Shown piece by piece: positions 60,635-64,000 of a DNA stretch of 64,000 nucleotides. The position numbers were made by a program, and so were the translations under genes. Every line of letters begins with the position of its first letter. The first letter of the stretch is position 1. The notes under the pieces were generated by a model, which did not search any database, was not told where the DNA came from, and saw only the letters and a program-made list of their open reading frames with translations. Source of the stretch: Magnetococcales bacterium (lineage in GTDB: Bacteria; Pseudomonadota; Magnetococcia; Magnetococcales; UBA8363). The stretch spans positions 1,583 through 65,582 of the forward strand of contig JADGCV010000007.1 of the NCBI GenBank assembly GCA_015228815.1, in the 5' to 3' direction.

Positions 60635-62176
60635 ATGCTGACCCGGGTGCAGACGGTGGCGTTGGATGGTATTGAGGCCGTTTCCGTCGAGGTTGAGGTC
60701 GATTTCAGCCCCGGATTGCCGACGTTGGGGATCGTGGGTTTGCCGGAGGGGGCGGTGCGGGAGGCCAAGGATCGGGTGCGGGCCGCCCTGGGCAATTCGG
60801 GATTTCACCTGCCGGCGAAGCGGATCACCATCAATCTGGCCCCTGCCCATCTTCCCAAGGGGGGATCTTCCTATGACTTGCCCATGGCCCTCGGATTGCT
60901 GGGGGCCATGGATAAACTCTCCGCCGATTGCCTGGCGGGTACCCTGTTCTATGGTGAGTTGTCCCTGGATGGACGTTTGCGCGGGGTTCCGGGGGTGTTG
61001 CCCGTCGCGCTTTTTGCCCGGAGAAACGGTTTTGGCCGGTTGGTGGTCGCCCGGGAAAACGGCAGCGAGGCGGCTTTGACGCCGGATCTGGCGGTCCATG
61101 CCCCGGAAACGTTGATGGATCTGGTGCGGCATTTGCTGGGGGAGTCGTTGCTGGCGCCGTTGCCGGCGACCGATTGGCGTGGCTGGCGGGATAAGGACCG
61201 AAGTGAGATTCCCGATCTTGCCGAAATCAAGGGACAGGAATACGCCAAGCGGGCCTTGGAAATTGCCGCGGCGGGGGGGCACAACCTGCTGATGACCGGC
61301 CCTCCGGGGTCGGGGAAGACGTTTCTGGCCCGGGCCTTTCCGGGGATCCTGCCCGAAATGACGCTGGATGAGGCGTTGGAGGTGACGGCGGTTCACTCTG
61401 TGGCGGGACGGTTGTCCGCGGCACGACCGTTCGTGGCGACCCGTCCCTTTCGTTCACCGCACCACACCGCTTCGAAACAGTCATTGGTGGGGGGAGGTGG
61501 CCAGCCGCATCCGGGCGAGGTGAGTCTGGCGCACAAGGGGGTGTTGTTTCTTGATGAAATCCCGGAATTCAGCCGAACGGTTCTGGAGGTATTGCGCGAA
61601 CCGTTGGAATCGGGTAGGGCCCACATTTCCCGGACAAGTTACCGCGCCCGCTTTCCCGCCGATTTTCAGTTGCTGGCCGCCTGCAACCCGTGTCCCTGCG
61701 GTCATTTGGGCCATGGGGGACGTCCGTGCCGCTGTTCTCCGGCCCAGGTGATCGGTTATCAATCACGGTTGTCGGGACCTTTGTTGGACCGCATCGATCT
61801 TCATGTGGAGGTTCCGCCGGTACCCACCGAGGTGTTGGTGGCGCTCCCTTCGGGCGAGACTTCGGAAAAGGTTCGCCTCCGGGTGGAGGAGGCGCGGATG
61901 GCGCAATATGCGCGCAATGGCGCCGGGATACGCAATTCCGCCTTGAACGGACGGGCCCTGGAAAACCATGCCGTTCTGGCGGGACCGGCGCAACGTATTC
62001 TTCTGGATGCGGGGCAACGGCTCGGTTTTTCGGCACGCGCCCACGGTCGATTGTTGCGGGTCGCGCGGACGATTGCCGATCTGGCCGGTGCGCGTGATAT
62101 TGCGGTCGAACACATGGCCGAGGCGATTCAGTTTCGAATGGGCATGGGCCATTGGGGTGGGGCAAGGATGGGATAG
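60635..62176 (+). CDS. comM: YifB/ComM-family Mg-chelatase-like AAA+ ATPase
   Basis: MLTRVQTVALDGIEAVSVEVEVD..., Walker A LLMTGPPGSGKT, Walker B GVLFLDEIPEF, zinc-ribbon-like CNPCPCGHLGHGGRPCRC. Confidence 0.9.
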   Translation: MLTRVQTVALDGIEAVSVEVEVDFSPGLPTLGIVGLPEGAVREAKDRVRAALGNSGFHLPAKRITINLAPAHLPKGGSSYDLPMALGLLGAMDKLSADCLAGTLFYGELSLDGRLRGVPGVLPVALFARRNGFGRLVVARENGSEAALTPDLAVHAPETLMDLVRHLLGESLLAPLPATDWRGWRDKDRSEIPDLAEIKGQEYAKRALEIAAAGGHNLLMTGPPGSGKTFLARAFPGILPEMTLDEALEVTAVHSVAGRLSAARPFVATRPFRSPHHTASKQSLVGGGGQPHPGEVSLAHKGVLFLDEIPEFSRTVLEVLREPLESGRAHISRTSYRARFPADFQLLAACNPCPCGHLGHGGRPCRCSPAQVIGYQSRLSGPLLDRIDLHVEVPPVPTEVLVALPSGETSEKVRLRVEEARMAQYARNGAGIRNSALNGRALENHAVLAGPAQRILLDAGQRLGFSARAHGRLLRVARTIADLAGARDIAVEHMAEAIQFRMGMGHWGGARMG

Positions 62177-62275
62177 CGCGGATGGGTCCGGGAAGGGGTT
62201 TCCCCTTCCCGGTGGGGTTTGGCGCGAAGCCCCAAGGTTTCTTCTGAAACCCTGGGGGCAATTTCCCTCGTGGTG

Positions 62276-62665
62276 TCAGGCGACGGTGACGGCGACCGGA
62301 GCGCATTCCCAAATGCCATGCTTGGTGCAGTAGGACATGGCGGTCAGGCTCAGGGTGCCGGCGGCGGCGACGATGTTGAAGGTGACTTCGGCATTGCCCT
62401 TGGCCCCGGCCCCGCCCATCATGCCGGAGGTGAAATTGGCTTCGCCGAGAAGGGTGGCGCCGTTATATAGTTGGATCGATTTGATGAAATGATCCGGATC
62501 ATCCGGGTGGGCATATTCCTTACCCATGCGGACGGTGACCGGAAACTTTTCACCCGCCTTGGCGGACGCGGCACAGTGGATGAATGGGGAATGCCGGTCG
62601 ATGTAGTCTTTCTTGGCTTCCTTGTCCACGGTGGAAATATCGACGTAGCGATTGACGGTTGGCAT
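62276..62665 (-). CDS. Superoxide reductase (neelaredoxin/desulfoferrodoxin ferrous-iron domain family)
   Basis: Candidate His/Cys ligand pattern: ...RHSPFIH..., YAHPDDPDHFI, and CTKHGIWE (CxxH). 129 aa, immediately downstream of the peroxiredoxin gene. Confidence 0.7.
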   Translation of the reverse strand: MPTVNRYVDISTVDKEAKKDYIDRHSPFIHCAASAKAGEKFPVTVRMGKEYAHPDDPDHFIKSIQLYNGATLLGEANFTSGMMGGAGAKGNAEVTFNIVAAAGTLSLTAMSYCTKHGIWECAPVAVTVA

Positions 62666-62696
62666 GGATGTCTCCTTGTTGGGGCCGGGTTGGGGC

Positions 62697-63296
62697 TCAG
62701 AGTGATTTGGCGTGGGAGGCGAGGTATTCGGCCACCCCCTGGATGGAGGCTTTCATTCCCGGTTTTTTCTTGTCCCATCCGGCGGGGCACACTTCGCCGT
62801 GGGTTTCGGTGAACTGAAGGGCATCGACCATGCGCAGCATTTCGTCGATATTGCGTCCAAGCGGAAGGTCGTTGACCACCTGGTGGCGGACGATTCCTCC
62901 CTTGTCGATGAGGAAGGAGCCGCGCAGCGCGATCCCGGGACCGAAGTAGAGATCGTAGTTTTTGGTGATGTCCTTGGAAATGTCGGCAACCAGGGGATAC
63001 TGGACATTGCCGATGCCGCCGTCCTTGACGGGGGTGTTTTTCCAGGCCAGATGGGTGAAGTGGGAGTCGATGGAAACACCGATGACTTCGACGCCGCGAT
63101 CCTTGAATTCCTTCAGGCGGTGATCGAAGGCGATGATCTCGGACGGACAGACGAAGGTGAAGTCGAGGGGATAGAAAAACAGGACGACATATTTTCCCTT
63201 GTAGCTGGCGAGGGAAAAGTCATCCTTGAAGGAATTGTCGGGCATGACGGCGGTGGCGGTAAACTCGGGGGCCGGCTTGGTGACGAGTACACTCAT
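62697..63296 (-). CDS. Typical 2-Cys peroxiredoxin (AhpC/Prx1 family)
   Basis: Start at MSVLVTKPAPEF. Peroxidatic Cys in FYPLDFTFVCPSE and resolving Cys in HGEVCPAGW. The 132-codon upstream extension in the track ORF has no support. Confidence 0.9.
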   Translation of the reverse strand: MSVLVTKPAPEFTATAVMPDNSFKDDFSLASYKGKYVVLFFYPLDFTFVCPSEIIAFDHRLKEFKDRGVEVIGVSIDSHFTHLAWKNTPVKDGGIGNVQYPLVADISKDITKNYDLYFGPGIALRGSFLIDKGGIVRHQVVNDLPLGRNIDEMLRMVDALQFTETHGEVCPAGWDKKKPGMKASIQGVAEYLASHAKSL

Positions 63297-63433
63297 GAGG
63301 GGTCTCCATGGAATCGGTCGCTGATGAAGAATGAAATCGGGTTTGGAGCCGGGAATGAACCGACTGGGCCGGGGCTGCTGGACGGCACGTTCCGGCACTT
63401 CGGCCTTGACGGCATTAAACCGGTTATTGGGGG

Positions 63434-63461
63434 TTGCGTCAAGAGGAAAAAATGATATATC
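63434..63461 (+). promoter_or_regulatory. Candidate sigma-70-type promoter for the XRE/cupin regulator (TTGCGT, 16 nt spacer, TGaTATATC extended -10)
   Basis: Motif match only: -35 TTGCGT at 63434-63439 and TG-n-TATATC at 63453-63461, about 68 nt upstream of the TTG start. Confidence 0.25.
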
Positions 63462-63528
63462 GTCAAAATTGTTGGTCAAGCAACTAAGAAGGCGGTCGCC
63501 CGATAAAGGGGCTTCAGGAGAGGATGGA

Positions 63529-64000
63529 TTGATCAGCAACCTGGTTGGGATAAGGATTCGATCGTTGAGGTCGCAAAGAAAGCTGACGCAAAAGCAGTTG
63601 GCGGATCTTTCGGGAATACCGCGCGCGACCTTGGCGACGGTGGAGCGGGACGATGCCAATCCGAGTCTGGCGGTGGTGTTCAAGATTGCCAATGCGTTGG
63701 GGATGACGGTGGATCAATTGATCGAGTCGGCGCAGCGCAAGATTCAGCACTGGCCATCGCGGACGATGGGGGTTGTGGAATCGGGGGATCGGGCCTATCG
63801 GGCGGTGACGATTTCGCCGCCCCACGCCTTTCACATTACGCAGTTGATTTTCACTCTGGTGCCGGGGGGGAGTTACGAGGGAAAGCCGCATCCGCCGGGA
63901 AGCGAGGAATATTTGCATGTTCTGGAAGGAAACATGGTGTTGGAGGTGGCGGGTGAATCCCTGGCGATGGGGGTGATGGACACGGCGTGTTTCCAGGGGA
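63529..64000 (+). CDS. XRE-family HTH transcriptional regulator with a C-terminal cupin domain (3' end beyond the window)
   Basis: Not in the ORF track because there is no stop. TTG start with AGGAG 8 nt upstream. LISNLVGIRIRSLRSQRKLTQKQLADLSGIPRATLATVERDDANPSLAVVFKIANALGMTVDQL is the HTH_3 part. GKPHPPGSEEYLHVLEGNMVLEVAGE is the cupin part. Divergent from the Prx-SOR pair. Confidence 0.75.
   Translation, partial: MISNLVGIRIRSLRSQRKLTQKQLADLSGIPRATLATVERDDANPSLAVVFKIANALGMTVDQLIESAQRKIQHWPSRTMGVVESGDRAYRAVTISPPHAFHITQLIFTLVPGGSYEGKPHPPGSEEYLHVLEGNMVLEVAGESLAMGVMDTACFQG

Noticed and set aside
59307-61396. 323-aa and 341-aa minus-strand ORFs
   Set aside because: They are antisense to ubiV, ubiK and comM.

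Overview
Densely coding, GC-rich (about 60% by eye, not computed) chromosomal segment from a Gram-negative bacterium. The taxon cannot be determined from the sequence alone. I can support about 55 protein genes, 2 tRNAs (Leu-CAA, Asn-GTT), one in-frame 54-bp tandem repeat and several intergenic hairpins. Many long ORFs in the track are antisense or alternate-frame shadows of these genes, as expected at this GC content. Housekeeping content: class A PBP, nadA, queG, rlmN, dnaE, a MoeB/ThiF-like E1, a metZ-like gene, hspQ, cysteine synthase, an RnfH-like gene, truA, thrB, ubiX-ubiU-ubiV-ubiK, comM/yifB, and a superoxide reductase plus 2-Cys peroxiredoxin pair. Accessory content: a translationally coupled pel-type exopolysaccharide operon (PelB-like porin, pelC, D, E, F, G) whose PelE carries a C-terminal cyclic-nucleotide-binding domain; two chemoreceptors with periplasmic CxxCH haem-c motifs; an Rpn/PD-(D/E)XK transposase-like gene; a hicB-hicA pair with a frameshifted toxin; and paralogous secreted Pro/Val-rich proteins. 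The headline candidate is at 41.7-49.2 kb, between dnaE and moeB/tRNA-Asn. It is a partly AT-richer block encoding a CHAT (caspase-fold) protease with a degenerate P-loop module, a MoxR-type AAA+ ATPase and a 1074-aa three-TM protein (degenerate vWA plus a C-terminal formylglycine-generating-enzyme-like domain) in one overlapping operon. A divergent Trypco2-like gene and an SGNH hydrolase gene flank it. This looks like an experimentally uncharacterised NTPase-driven conflict or defence system. A second, smaller locus (12.5-15.2 kb) pairs a TPR-orthocaspase-like protein, whose catalytic His appears replaced, with another secreted FGE-like protein. All domain assignments come from motif reading and memory, not from database searches.
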